Source of the DNA: Malacoraja senta
Lineage: Eukaryota
Assembly: GCA_038087875.1 (NCBI GenBank)
Contig: CM075990.1
Location: 17,050,001 to 17,114,000 of the forward strand
DNA length: 64,000 nt
Direction of reading: 5' to 3'
How positions within the stretch are numbered: the first letter of the stretch is position 1; the number at the start of each line of letters is the position of its first letter. Below are positions 13,523 to 28,122 of the stretch, piece by piece. The notes under the pieces were generated by a model. The model made no database searches, was not told the DNA's origin, and saw only the letters and a program-made list of their open reading frames with translations. Both the position numbers and the translations under genes were made by a program.

Positions 13523-13932
13523 TCGGGTGACGCAGCGTTTGATTGTGGTTGAGCAAGAAGATGAAACTGCACACTGTCTAAAGGAGAAAATAATCCAAAG
13601 GAGAATTATTGAGTGGAGACAAGGTGAAATCGGAAGGCGCTTGGCTGGACGTCATACAGGTTTCACAGAGACCCCATTATCAATAGTGACAATCCTTACA
13701 GTGACAAGAGAAATAAACAAGACAAATATACCAGTGAGATACCACTCATAATGTATCACTTCAGGACACTTTGGCTAGACGTAGACTTTAAAAAAAACTG
13801 ATTCTCGCAAGAAGCATCTTTAAAGCTGACAGTATGACATTGAATGTGAATTTTAAATTCTCCTGGAGAACCATGCCATTAACTAATTGAGCTGAGCTTA
13901 ATTGAAGACAGCAGACATCCACGTCAGTGTTG

Positions 13933-14525
13933 AAACATAGAAAATAGGTGCAGGAGGAAGCCATTTGGCCCTTCGAGCCAGCTCAGCCATTCATTGTGAT
14001 CATGGCTGATCATCCACAATCAGAAACCCGTGCCTGCCTTCTCCCCATATCCCTTGATTTTTCTAGCCCCTAGAGCTCTATCTAACTATTTTAAATTCAT
14101 CCAGTAAATTGGCCTCTACTGCCTTCTGTGGCAGAGAATTCCATAAATTCACAACTCTCTGGGTGAAAAAGTTTTTTCTCATCTCAGATTTAAATGGCCT
14201 CCCCTTTATTCTTAAACTGTGGTCCCTGGTTCTGGCTGCCCCAACATTGGGAACATTTTTCCTGCATCTAGCTTGTCCAGTCCTTTTATAATTTTATATG
14301 TTTATTTAAGATCCCCTCTCATCCTTATAAATTCCAGTGAATACAAGCCCAGTCTGGCCTCATATGACAGTCCCGCCATTCCGGGGATTAACCTCGTGAA
14401 CCTACGCTGCACTGCCTCAATAGTAAGGATGTCCTTCCTCAAATTAGGAGACCAAAACTCCACACAATACTCCAGATCTGGTCTCACCGGGGCCGTGTAC
14501 AACTGCAGAAGGACCTCTTTACTCC
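13933..14525 (-). mobile_element. CR1-clade LINE 3' fragment
   Basis: [36 protein letters not shown]; CR1-type 3' tail. Confidence 0.85.
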
Positions 14526-14547
14526 TCTCAGATTTGAGATTTAATTA

Positions 14548-15274
14548 AATTAGTATTCTGACATGATCAAACTCCTGTTTAATATTAATAGTATTGGAGA
14601 AAAATCTGTAGCTCTAGCAAGCCATGACATTGTGATTAAAAATGAATTGCTTTTGGCTTTTGGAGAATAAGTTAGTCTCCAATTATAGTGTCGGCATGCA
14701 AGAGACAAGCTAAGGTAGAGTGTGCAGGTAATATGAATGCTTCGGATGCTAATTTTCTTCTTCAAAACTTCCAGGCATGCCTGGGCTGCCTCTCTGCACA
14801 ACTCATTGTAGCTTGCGACGTGGTCACAGGGAGAACGTACAAAGTCCATACAGACAGCACATTTTTAAGGCAGAGATAGACAAATTCTTGATTTGAACGG
14901 GTGTCAAGGGTTATGGGGAGAAGGCAGGAAAATGGGATTAGGAGGCAAAGATCAGCCACGATAGAGTAGCGGAGTAGACACGATGGGCCGAATGGCCTTA
15001 TTCTACACATTATAACTTGTGAACGTGAGCACCTGTAGTCAGGATCGAACCAGGTCTCTGGCATTGTAAGGCAGCATCTCCACCGCTGTGTCACATGGCC
15101 TGGATTGCAGCCCCGGGTACACCCCAGACACCCAGGTGAATATGCAGCCCTGCGACCACGTTGTGCGTTGAAGACTGAGCAGGATGCTGGATTATTGCAT
15201 GGTAAAGCTTGCTGGAGCGCCAGACCTGTTTCCAATACTATTAATAGGAGTTGGAACGTGTCAGAATACTAATT
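14548..15274. mobile_element. Putative non-autonomous DNA transposon with about 45-50-bp imperfect terminal inverted repeats and nested SINE/CR1 pieces
   Basis: AATTAGTATTCTGACA...TATTAATAGTATTGGA (14548-14598) is the reverse complement of 15231-15274. Confidence 0.65.
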
Positions 15275-16149
15275 GAATGAATCCTTCGTGCTGACATGTA
15301 CGTCTACTACCTATCCACATCCAACTCGCTTCAATTCTCAATCTGTCTGAAGAAGGGTCTTGACCACAAACGTATCCATCCTCTTTCTCCAGAGTTGCTG
15401 CCTGCCTGACCTGCTAAATTACTTCAGTACTTTGTATCTATCTTTGGTATGAACCAGTAACTGCAGTTCTTTGTTTTAACAAATAATTAAAGGTTTTTCC
15501 AATACTTAAAGCCAGTTGGGAGAGTCTAGGACCAGAGACCACAGCCTCAGAATAATTAACTTTAGAAAGGAGACGAGGAGGAATTTCTTTCGTCAGAGGG
15601 TGGTGAATCTGTGGAGGCTGTGGAAGTCAAGTCAGTGGATATATTTAAGGTGGATTGACAGTTTCTTGATTAGTAAGGGTGTCAGGGGTTATCGGGAGAA
15701 GGCAGGAGAATGGCGTTGAGAGGGAAAGATAGAGCAGCCACAATTGAATGGTGGGGTAGACTTGATGGGCCGAATGGCCTAATTCTGCTCCTATCACTTA
15801 TGAACCTCTGAGTTACTTATTAGGATTTGCACAGAAGGGTGGAGGAACTCAAACTACTCCACCTTGCTAATATACACTAATAAAATATGCTTTTATTAAT
15901 GGACAACCGATCTTTCGTAAGATTTCAAACAAGTGCTATTAAGTGTCTCAGAGATCGAGAGAACAGATTGGTATTTCAGGCACGAACTAGCATTACATCA
16001 ACGTTTGACAACAGGCTATTACAAGATATCAAAGAGCCAATGCTTCATAAACCCATTCATCATTGCATGGATTAGTCAAAGGCATTGCACTGCTAAAACT
16101 GACTGCCTCGGATAGAGTATTAACCCTACTATAATGAGTCTGAAGAAGG

Positions 16150-16610
16150 ATTCTTTTACAAGGGTGTTGCCAGGACTTGAGGGTCTGAGCTATAGTGAGA
16201 GGTTGGGCAGGCGAGGACTCTATTCCTTGGTGCGCAGGAGGATGAGGGCTGATCTTATAGAGGTGTACAAAATCACCAGGGGAATAGATAGGATGAATGC
16301 ACAGCATCTTTTACCCAGAGTAAAGGAATCAAGAACCAGAAAACATAGGTGAGCAGGAAAAGATTGAATAGGAACCCGAGGGGCAGCTTTTTTATTCCGA
16401 TGTATGGGTGTATGGAACGAGCTGACAGAGGGTGTAGTTGTGGCGGGGACTATACCAACATTTATAAGACACCTGCATGGGGACATGGATAGGAATGGTG
16501 TCGAGCGATATGGGCCAAATGCAGGGAAATGGAACAAGCTTAGATGGAGGATCTTGGTCCGCATGGACAACTTGGGCTGATGGGCCTATTTCTGTGCTGA
16601 ATGACTCTCT
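16150..16610 (+). mobile_element. CR1-clade LINE 3' fragment
   Basis: FTRVLPGLEGLSYSERLGRRGLYSLVRRRMRADLIEVYKI. Confidence 0.8.
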
Positions 16611-19600
16611 CTCTCTCAGGGTCTCAGCTCACAAAGTTGTCCATCATGTTCTCCAGAGATGCTGCCTGACCCGCTGAGTTACTCTAGCACTTTGTGTGTC
16701 TGTATTGTGTAAACTGGCATCTGCATTTCCTTATTTACTTTAGTTTAGTTTATTGTCCAGTGTATTAATCTCATCATCGTGTGGGGAAAAGTGCTGTTGT
16801 CGTTGCCATGACTTAAAAAAGTTAAGGTATTTCACAACTAAGGAAGAGCATTTGAATGGTGATCAGTGTTGATAAATGGGCACGATGTGTGCATAGCAAA
16901 CTCCCACAATCAGTAATGGGGTCTAGTGTTCCAACTAGAAATCTTGCCTGGCCTTGAAACTATTTCATCTCACGGAGCATATGCATGTTGTCTCATCCAA
17001 ATGACAGCACCTCTGGCAAGACCGAACTCCTGCCCGTAGCTCTCTGGAATGCCAGCCTCTGTCATGGTTCCAAGTCTCTTTGCGTAAGGCACAACCTTTT
17101 GGCCTGGAGATCAGAATGAGTGAGCAGTCAGTTTAAGACTCAGCACGTTTCCGTCAACATGGGCAAGATCAGATAACCAGAAATATTTCTGGCATGAGCT
17201 GCCAGAGAAAACTGTAGGTGGATACAGTTACAACTTTTACATTTGGACAGATACAAGGATAAACACAAATATTTAATCCAAAGAAAAAACAAAACTTTCT
17301 TCACACAATTAATTTTATAGAAGTCATGTATTATCAAAGGACATTTGGACAGATACATGGAAAGGTTTGGAGGCATGTGGGGCAAACGCAGGCAAATGGG
17401 ACTAGCCTAGTAGACAAGGTGGGCTGAAGGGCCTGATTCGGTGCTGTAAAGCCTGATGTCATACACACTGAGATAAAAGTGAAACCAGGTGCTAGCCTGA
17501 CCTCAGAAATACAAGGACTATTCCAGTCTTCATTTAGACTATCTATCTTGATTGGTTAAAGCAACAATTGGTATTGGAATCCATTGTCCTGCTAATCAAC
17601 AGATGTTCCTGAAAAACACAAAAATGCTGGAGGAGGAACTCCAGGTCAGGCAGCATCTGTGGAGAGAAATGGATAGACAATGTTTTGGGTTGGGATCCTT
17701 CTTCAGAGATGGACTACAGTGAGAAAGCTGGAAAAGAGAGGTGAGTGGGATAATGCCCATGGCCTGGATTTTGGCACTACCTGATATACTTATCCATGGT
17801 ATAATTATACTCATGTGTGGTATTATCTGCTGGATAACTTGCAAAACAAACGTTTTCACTATCTTGGTGCACAGGACAATAATAAACCCAACCATGACGG
17901 GAGCTGACCAAAAAGATTGGCCAAAGTAGCAGGTGTTAGTGACCCCAGAAATGATCACGGGGCCCTGGAACCACTCCAGAGACCACCCTCCGATATAATG
18001 GTCTCTGACTGATACACCAATAATTTACAAGGGACCCGAAAATTCACCTATTTCCTTCGCTCCATAGATGCTGCCTCACCCGCTGAGTTTCTCCAGCATT
18101 TTTGTCTACCTTCGATTTTTCCAGCATCTGCGGTTCTTTCTTAAACACCAATAAATTACAATCATAGTCATACAGCACGGAAACAGGCCCTTCGGCCCAA
18201 CATTTCCATGCCGACCAAGATGCCCCATCCACACTAGTCCCACCTGCCCACATCCCTCCAAACCTTTCCTATCCATGTACCTGTCAAATTGCTATGGTAC
18301 CCGTCTCAACTACCTCCTCTGGCAGCTCGTTCCATACACCCTGTGTGAATATTCTACAAAGCGTCTGTTATCAGACCTTCATTACATCAAAGCTTTCTGA
18401 AGGAAGCTTTACAGGGATAGGTAGCAACAATTGAAATAATGTTCAGAATTCATTCGTCCCTTTGGAGACAGCCAACCCCCAGCCAAGGAGAGGGAGAGGG
18501 AGAGGGAGCACAATCTCATCACGTAAAAGCCTGCAGGAATTATACTCATTCTGTATAAGCTTATCTTGCAGTTTCTCTCTGCTTATTGCTGCAGAATACC
18601 AAAGCACCAAAACATTTTAACTTAATTTATCATCTGTGTTATGTAATGTTAGGGTCTGGTGTATTCTATTTAAAGTAGTGGCAATCAATTTGATAATCAG
18701 AATGGGAATTTCACAGAGAGCTGCAATTAATCCCAGTCCATGTCTAGACTGTGCAAGCACTATGTTTAGGCTACAGAATCCTACTGGCATGCTGCATTAA
18801 AGTTCCAATCGGCTGGACACAATGTGCTGGAGTAACTCAGCGGGTCAGGCAGCATCTGTGGAGAACATGGATAGGTGACGTTTCACAGAGTGCTGGAGTA
18901 ACTCAGCGGGTCAGGCAGCATCTGTGGAGAATGTTTAAGAAACATTTGGACAGGTACATGGATAGGACAGGTTTAGAGGGATATGGGCCAAATGCAGGCA
19001 GTTGGGACTAGTGTAGATGGGACATGTTGGCCGGTGTTGGCATGATTGGGCTGTTTCCACACTGTAACACTCTATGAAAATGGATAGGTGGCGACAGAAG
19101 GGCCCAACCCCAAAAGTCACCAATCCATGTTCTCCAGAGATGCTGTCTAACCTGCTGTTAGTCTAACACTTTGTGTCTTATTTTGTAAACCAATTAAGCT
19201 ACTCACCATCTTTTCAAGGGCAAAGAGAGGTGGGTAATAAATGCTGCCCATGTCATCAACACCCACCTCCTGACAAATGATTAATTATAAAGGATAAGGC
19301 TGTGAATGATGAAATCGGGACATAATGTAATAGGCGTTATATATCTGTGCCAAGTATGTTTACTCCACAGCTGAGTCATAACTCAATTGACCTCTGATTT
19401 GTCAGAACATTTAACAAACATAGAAAAAGGGACGAAAAAGTTTTTTCATTTAAACAGGAGCAAAAATAAGCAATGAATGAAACGTTGTAAGGGTGAATGA
19501 GGAGATGTACGACAGATCTCCGCCCTGCCCAGAACCACCACTCTCTCCTCATCGTATCAAACATTTTTTTCAGACCTTTGTGTTTTCTGAACAAGTCGAG

Positions 19601-21290
19601 TCTCCACAGTAACTAGCGGCCGGGTGGCTTGTGGAGGTCACGCCCTTTATTTCTTATACGCCACAGTTGGACAATTGTACGATTTTCAGCTCATTGAAGC
19701 CTTCCTTGGAAACGTTTCCCTGCATGTGAATTTTTTACTTTCTGTAGACACACACAGTTAAAATAACAAAGGCCCAACAAAAATGAAAGGTATAATTTTT
19801 TGGAAGGTGGTTCAGTTATACAGTATTAACAAAAATGTCCCACATATACTTCCTTTTAGTTAATCGCCATTATAATAACCTCGGGGACCTACGGACTATC
19901 TTTGATCCGACCTTCACTGGCTTTATCTTGCACTTCTGTGTTTCTATGTCTAAACATTATTCCACTGTGAATGGCTCGATTGTAATCATGTATTGTCTTT
20001 CTATTGGCTGGATACCTCGCACAAAGGATTTCCACTGTACCTCGGTACACGTGACAATAAACTCAACTGAAACTCCTGATTTGAGACTGGCTGGTTTAAT
20101 TCAGCTAATTAATTTAAGTTTCAGATCTGGTGACAATAAATCCATTGTGGATTGTACAAGACCAATTATTTTCAAATCGCTTCAAGTTGAATGTAGAGAC
20201 TTTGATGCTAAGTATTTCAGACAGATGGGGAAATGTTGCTAAAACAGTGTGACCATTCTGAGAGTACAAGACAATTCACAGAATCCAATTAATCTACAAA
20301 CCTGCACGTCTTTGGAGAGTGGGAGGAAACCACAGCACTGGAGAAAACCCACGCAGGTCACGGGGTGAACGTACAAACAACACCCGTAGTCAGGATCGAA
20401 CCCAGGTCTCCGGCGCTGTAAGGCAGCTGCCCCACCGTGCTGCCCTAGTAAATTACAGAGGAGGGAGGGAGAGGGAGAGGGAGAGATTGCCTTTAACTCA
20501 ATAAATATATTTCAATCCGTAGGACATTAAATTGTATGGCTCAGTTACAAGTTGGCATGAATTCTAATCAAGTAACATGACCTAACTGAGGCACTTTTAA
20601 ATGGATTCCAACCATGTATCTTAAATTAGTTGGCTAATTAAAGCAACTTTCTTCAACAGCTTCAGCTGTTTCTTCACACGTTTGATTCATATCTGAACTA
20701 AAACACTCAGCACTGAGTGCAATTTTTTATCCCAAATTAGAGCTAACACTATTGATTATTTCTAACTCTTTGAACGCTGAAAGCATTATGTTTTATCTTA
20801 CCATTTCAGCTTCAATTTTATCTCTTCCAAAAGAAACAATGTTGGGTTGGTTTACTTATTGGCACTTGTGCAAAGATAGAGTGAAATACTTGTGCTGCAT
20901 GCAATCCACTCAAATCATACTCCCCACCAGTTTTAGCTTACAGATACAGCAGGGGAATGGGCCCTTTGGTCCATCGATCCTCACACACACTAGGGACAAT
21001 TTACAATTATACCAAGTCAATTAACCTACACGTCTTTGGAGTGTGGGAGGAAACTGGAGTGTGTGGAGCAAACCCATGCAGGTGACGGGGAGAACGTACA
21101 AACAGCACCTATGGTCAAGATCTCTGGCGCTGTAAGGCAGCAACTCTACCGCTGCCCTCTGTACAATGAATGACTACAATAGATCCTCATCTAGAACACC
21201 ACACAGAGTTGTCATGTTCTGTCACCTTCTTACAACTTCAAAGCCATTTAAAAGTCCAATCTTGCCCCACGGAGTTCCATGTTACCTCAC

Positions 21291-21410
21291 GTGACAGCCA
21301 GGTGTGGTGTCGGCCAGGTGTGGTGACGGCCAGGTGCGGTGACGGCCAGGTGTGGTGACGGCCAGGTGTGGTGACGGCCAGGTGTGGTGACGGCCAGGTG
21401 TGGTGTCGGC
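21291..21410. repeat. 16-bp minisatellite (about 7 copies)
   Basis: (GTGACGGCCAGGTGTG)n. Confidence 0.9.
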
Positions 21411-21961
21411 ACTGGATGGGTGAAGTAGAGGTGGACCACCGCCAGCACCACCGTCCGTCCCCGTGGCCACCGCAAACTCACCTTCCGTACGTCGCCTCCA
21501 GCAGCTGCACCTCCACTTCCGTGCGCCGAGATCGCCATGTTCTGCTTCCCAAGCCGATCGTGGAACCTTAGATCGCTTGCCGAAGGTGCAGGAGTGACCG
21601 TTCACAACGGTCCATTTTACACTTCACCTTGGTACAGGAGTGATATCAATGTGGCGTGTGGGCATTGCTGGGAAGGCCGACATATATTGCCTTGTAACTA
21701 TCTCAGTGGATAGTTGAGTTTCCAACTTCATTATTATGGGTCAGGAGTCACAAAGAACTGATTTCCTTCCCTTAAAGCCATTGGAGACTTATTTTTAATT
21801 GACCACCTGATAGTTTCAGGGGTCAACATTTCTCATACTATCTTTTTTTGATTGCAAGATACGATACGGAAACAGGCACTTCACCTTCAGGGCAGCCAAC
21901 AGTGGAAAACTCATTAATAGTTAAATTAGGTTTTGAAAGGTTCCATATTTTGAGAGACTTA

Positions 21962-22250
21962 AAGGCCTGTCCCACTTTCCCGAGTCCGCTGCCGAATTGA
22001 AAGGACCTTAAAAAAAAAATCAAGATTTTTGTGATCTACGACCTCCTCCTCCCGACTATCTTTTTACTCGTGGACTTTTTTGTCATGCTGGAAAAAAACG
22101 TCTGACTTACCTGATGCCCCGAGTACCTACGGCTGGCATAACAAGTCGCTACGATATATCTACGGACTCCTACGGACATTCTCCGAGTTTGAATCAAGGG
22201 GAAAACTCGGGAGAATTTGTGAGTAACTCGGGAAAGTGGGACAGGCTCTT
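21962..22250. mobile_element. MITE, probably PIF/Harbinger type
   Basis: Perfect 21-bp TIRs GCCTGTCCCACTTTCCCGAGT (21965-21985) and ACTCGGGAAAGTGGGACAGGC (22226-22246), with TTA/TAA just outside. Confidence 0.8.
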
Positions 22251-22494
22251 TATTTTCCTTTGAAATGTCCCACTACGCCAACTACTTTCATCTATATTAA
22301 TCGCTGACAATAGGCCAGCTGGGCTTTCAATTGATATTGTTTAAAGTTGAAGGAAAAGTATTGACGCACAGTTTGAAACCGCTAATTTATAGAGTACAAT
22401 AATCTGAGTACAATAGTATTTTTTCTAAAGCACAGAAATGTCTGTACACTTCTAAAGCACAGAACATGTGGGTAAAATCCAAATGCATTTAAAA

Positions 22495-23330
22495 TAATAT
22501 TATATAAGTATGATATTAAATTGCTTGAATCTGCTTTAATATTCATCGCTTCCTCTAGTGAATCTAGTTATATTTTGATATCCTTGTATGTGTTGTTTCA
22601 AATAATCTCTGATTTGAAGGTATTTAAAGTATTGATTATTTTTCAAGTTGTATTTTAATTGTATTGTTGAAATGATAAAAAGATTCCCATTTCATACAAA
22701 TCTCCAAAGCTTTTAATTCCTAATCTTTCCCAAAAGGTATACGCTTTATCAATAAGAGATGGCTTGAATGAGGGGTTATTTACTATTGGAGTTAAAAGCG
22801 ATAAATTTCTTACTTTCAAAGTTAGTTTTATTTGTTTCCAAATTCGAATTGTGTTGTGAATAATTGGGTTCTTCTTATATATTGTATTGTTTAATTTTAT
22901 CGGGGAGAAGAGGATCGCTCCTATATTAAAAGGAGAACAATCCTCTTTCTCCATTCTACCTGTTGGGGAGAGCTGTCCAACCAATTAATTATGTTTTTAA
23001 TATGTACTGCTCAGTAGTAGTATAAAAAGTTTGGGAGTGTCAGTCCCCCAAGTTCTTTAGGTTTACACAGATGTTTTCTTTGGATTCTATGCGCTCTATA
23101 GTCCCATATGAAGTTAGTAATACTAGAATCTAATTTTTTTAAGAAGTTTTTTGGTAAGTATATTGGAATAGATTGAAATAGGTATAATATTTGTGGTAGA
23201 AAAATCATTTTTATAGCATTTATTCTACCCATTAAAGACATCGGCAAGGTTTTCCAGAATTTAATCAACCCATTCAGTTTAATTATAAAGGCACAAAATT
23301 TGCATTAAATAATGATTTATATTATCCAAA
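22495..23330 (-). mobile_element. L1/Tx1-clade LINE ORF2 fragment, decayed
   Basis: WKTLPMSLMGRINAIKMIFLPQILYLFQSIP...GGLTLPNFLYYY is typical of the L1 ORF2 post-RT region. Confidence 0.85.
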
Positions 23331-23399
23331 TGCACCTTTTCCATTCCTAATTTGTTCAATCCTGTTGACATAATCTATCCTATTCTCCTTTCTTTAGAC

Positions 23400-23675
23400 T
23401 TTAGAGATAGTGTGGAAACAGGCCCTTCGGCCCAGAGTCCATGCCGACTAGCCGTACACTCGCACTATCCTACACAATCGGAATAATTTACAATTTTACC
23501 AAAGCCAATTAGGCTACAAACCTGTACGTCTTTGGAGTGTGGGAAGAAACTGGAGCACCTGAAGAAAACTCATGAGGTCACATGGAGAACGTACAAACTC
23601 CGTACAGACAGCACCCGTAGTCAGGATCAAACCCAGGTCTCTGGCGCTGTGAGGCATCGTCTTAGCTGCACTACC
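23400..23675 (-). mobile_element. tRNA-derived SINE (HE1/V-SINE-like)
   Basis: Same core and tail as 4060-4360. Confidence 0.75.
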
Positions 23676-26600
23676 CCAGCCTTCTAAATTTAAATAACAT
23701 CTATATAAATCTGTTTGTACAATTTGCCGTAACCACTCAACTTGGTAACATGTTCCTCAAATGAACAATATTTCCCAAGAATTCCTGCCCAGTTTTTCTA
23801 TGGTAATCTTATAGTTGGAATTTACCCAGAAGGTGGCTGTATAGGATAACGTATTCAAAATTCAGCAGGAATAAGCTGGGGAAATAATTGAGAATATTAT
23901 TATTCTAACTGATAGCAATGAATCTGAAGGCCAACATACTCTACTACAGTAACATGCATTGAACTCATTTTTTAAAATTATCATTTTTATTGATCTTGTA
24001 TTCAGTATTATCTGCATTTGGGAAATAACAACTCTCTTTTAGCTGATATAATGTGACAGAAATAATACTGAGTCCTCAGGCCACTGGGAACGTGATCCTG
24101 ATTTTGATGATGCTTCCCACAAGTTCAGAACAAGCAAGTTATACCCAAATATAAAGAGAAGTCAAGTGAAAAATAGGACAGACAAAAATACAAAATAAAT
24201 TAACCAGACTAATGTCAAAACATTGTAGTCTGATTTCTCCTAATAATACTGCTTTATTTATATCGGTGCAAAAAGTCTCAAATAATATTTGCATTGCATT
24301 TGAGAAAATATAAGTACAATCATGCAAACTGCAGAATACTTAATGAGAATGGTTACATCTTTCTTCTATTTCTGCCCCACAGATGTGGTGGGCCTTACAT
24401 CCTATGTTTACATTTATAAACCCGGGCACACAAAAAAAATTAAGAGATTTCACAACTGTGGAAGAATTATTTTTTTCCAAAGTCAGCTCTTTGATGTGCT
24501 GTTAGCAATTCATGAATCATTGGTGGTTTCACTTCATTTAACAGCTATCCAGTTTGAAATTAGCTGGACTTAAATAGAGGATAACAGGCTGATTATCTGA
24601 AGAATGTTCCTATTACATAAAGGGAAAAAACACTTTACTTACTTATTTGTTTACAGGATGTGGACGTCACAAGCGACCCATAATGGTTCCGACACTGTCC
24701 ATAACACGACTGGGTTAGGAGTCAAAATAAAACTGATGAAGTCGTAGGATCTGAAATGTCAACTCTGTTTCTCTTGCAGAAACTACCAGACCTGCTAAGA
24801 ATTTTGTTTTGTTTTATTTCAGATTTGTTTTAACGTCTCATGTTGACTGATCCCCCAAATATCCAGATTTATTATAATTAAAATGACATCTGAAATCCCA
24901 GGGCAATGGAGAAATGAATAAATCCGATCGTTACATTATTTCAAAGATCCAGCATAGGAGGCCAAAAGACTTCCTATCCTGGCTATTCCATGCCTTTAGG
25001 ACTCAACCTGTTAATAGAATTTGTCCACCCCCATCTCACATAGATTCCCAATTCACCTGTGAACTGGTAACACTGGCACGTATTAACACTGCAGTTCTAT
25101 AGAGCAAGGTTCTAGATGAGCAACAATTATAATCTCCTGCACTAAGCCTGGATATGGTTATTGGAGATGTGCATTACGAAAAGAACAATATTGAGTCGAT
25201 ATAGAGCACAGAAACAGGCCCTTCGGCCCCTCTTGCCCATGCTGACCACAATGCCACAATATAGGGCAGACCATGCGCAGATATGTAACTACACCTGACC
25301 CAAACTCCACACAACCACCAACTAGCCACACTCAGCCTGAGCACTGTGAATTTACCAGACATTGATTAAGAGTAGGGAATGTGTGCAGTAATACTGAGGA
25401 AATCATCTTGACCTGGATAAAATACAGAACCGGGCTGGCGTGGCTTGGCATGACACAAATACTGTTTTTTTTAATCGGAATGTGCAGGCAAACCAAGTAG
25501 CACACACATAATCAAGTTGTCAGGTTTCGATTGGGTAACCAGCCCCTACAATATAATGATAAATACTAAAGACACATGTAACAATAAACTCCTTTTTGGT
25601 TTTCAGCAGCAGATTCTGTAAACAGCACTCTCTGGAGGCAGCTGAGCCCGACTAATGTGCAGGAAAGCACAAAACAAAACTCCACATCTCCCACGTTAAC
25701 CTCCTAAAGTTGGAAAGCACATGATACTCAAAAAATAATCAATGCCAACAATTACAAAGGACCAAGGTGACAATTTTAAAGAATCCTCATGCATCTGTTT
25801 TAAACCAATGTAATCATGAACATTTCTGAATTGCACTGAAGGCACAAAGAATGAGTGGCGTTCGTCTAGATGTTGGAAGAAGTACAGAAAATTTGCACTG
25901 CTATATTGACCCTTTTGTTAAAGCTCCTGGATGGCAACTTGGATCCATGCTGGAATCAATGGCTACATCCCAGACAACCAACACTTAGGAAGCAAAGGGG
26001 AACAGTGAATGTACAGATTAGTTCATGTGGATTTGAGAAGCTATATTTTCCCATTGTGGAATTTATAAATGTTGTGCAAATTTCAAACAATGAAAGGTCA
26101 GGCTGCCACTTTGACCATGGAAAGACTCCATCGAGGGACTGATATCCTCTGTAAAATAATCCTACGTAGTGTTTTGAGCTCAACTGTACTCACTGCAAAA
26201 GAAATAACACTATTGCATAGATGCCAAGTTAATCATCTGCTGTAAATCTCATCCCCGTCAGGCAGGGGCACGTTTAGTGATTTAAATACTTCCTACATCC
26301 ATATAACATTGCATCTTAAATGATCCGGTCTGCTATCCTCCAGATGCTTTCCCTGCAAGTCCAGGATAAAAGACTTGCATTTTTGTCAAAAATAGCTAAA
26401 ATCAACAATGTACCTTTGTGATTTATGTGGTTAATAAAAACCATACCCCAAGTGTACGATTGGTGCTGCATAGGAGCTGGGTGAAGCTTTGGCACGGACT
26501 GTAAATGTTAAGGTAATTGAGCTCCTGACAGTATTGCAGCAGAGGTTTGGTCTCCCTCAGGCATCAATTAACCCCACCACCATCACCGCTGTCACTCACT

Positions 26601-26839
26601 GGGAAGCAGGCAAGGAAACTGGAGGCACTGAACCTCCCCTGACCAAAAGATAAATGAACAAGTAACCTTGAAAAGACAGAGGCAGCAACTACAGGTTACA
26701 CATAATGAATCCTCAGCAAAGGTAGTCCCTGAAGTACTGAGACAGATGCCAATCCTTCAAACTATCTTTGTGCATATATTTTATAATCTCCTTGCATGCC
26801 TTACTTCCAAATGAGAGTGTACGAGCCAGATATATTATT

Positions 26840-27228
26840 GGGCGGCTTACAACCCAGTGGTATGAATATTGACTTCTCTAACTTCAAGTAACCCTTACTT
26901 TCAATCTCTCTCCATCCCTCCCCCATCCTAGTTCTCCGACCAGTATGACTGTCCTCCTGATTAAATTCTTATCTTTGTATGCTTCATTGTCATCTTCCCC
27001 AGCTAACAATGATATATTCTACATTTTCCTTGAGCTTCATCCCCTTTGATGTCTCCTTTTCACACCTCACCCTTCCATTGCTCCCTCTCCCCTGACTCTT
27101 AGTCTGAAGAAGGGCCTCGACCCGAGACATCACCCATTCCTTCTATCCAGGGATGCGACCTGTCCCGCTGAGTTACTCCAGCATTTTGTGTCTATCTTTG
27201 GTGTAAACCAGCATCTGCAGTTCTTACA
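26840..27228 (+). mobile_element. 5'-truncated Penelope-like insertion with 13-bp target-site duplication
   Basis: Starts in the GIY-YIG tail (GGLQPSGMNIDFSNFK); flanked by CAGATATATTATT at 26827-26839 and 27229-27241. Confidence 0.8.
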
Positions 27229-27977
27229 CAGATATATTATTTACCCTGGTTGAGATGAACGATTAAGCAGTGGATTACAAGATTGTTTTCTCTGGGATGC
27301 CGCAGGTTTATCCTCAGCACACAAAAAGGACACAGAGTGCTGGATTAACTCAGCGGGTCAGGCGGCATCTCTGGAGAACATGAACATAGAGTGCTGGAAT
27401 AACTCAGCGGGTCAGGAGGCATCTCTGGAGAACATGGATAGGTGACGTTTTGAGTCAGAAGGGTCCTGATCGAAACATTTATTCAGACCCAAAACGTCAC
27501 CTATCCATGTTCTCCAGCGATGCTGGCTCACGCACTGAGCTACTCCAGCACTTTGTGTTTATATGAGGATTACATCATATATGTGCGTTTTGGTTTATCT
27601 AGCCATTAGATTTTGTATCCTGGTTCGTCTGAGACTAGACTTGGTCCTGAATTTACAGAGCAGCTGGTAGAACAGAATTCAGCGGGAGTGGAGATACGTT
27701 AAAATTGCACAGAATCTGACCTCTGATCTGACTTCTGTATTACAAAATAGATGACGAAACACGTAAAAGTATAAAAAGCTGCCTACTTTTGTACAATTAT
27801 AAACAGAATTAATACGAGATGCTTTTTAGAAATATATAAAATTGTAAGAAATTGTTCTCAATGAAAATAGATCTATATTTAAGACAACATGATCGTCCAG
27901 TCACACATGATGGGTAGTGTATGTCCTTTGCTGGCATGATTTTTAAGTAGGATTTGCAAATAGCTTTAATCCCAGCG

Positions 27978-28122
27978 TTAGTGTTTGCTCCTCTTCATCA
28001 TCAATTGATGGACGTAATCCCACAGTTTACTGGCGTCGGATTCATTGCGGAGAATCATGGTAGCCAATGCTTCAGCTTGGTCAGCGCTCTGCCAGTAATC
28101 TTGCTGCCACATTTGTTTCCAA
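27978..28122 (-). CDS. FUT11: FUT11 coding exon 3 (terminal)
   Basis: poly-T...aacag| acceptor; (S)WKQMWQQDYWQSADQAEALATMILRNESDASKLWDYVHQLMMKRSKH* matches the FUT11 C-terminus; phase fits exon 2; TAA at 27980-27978. Confidence 0.95.
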
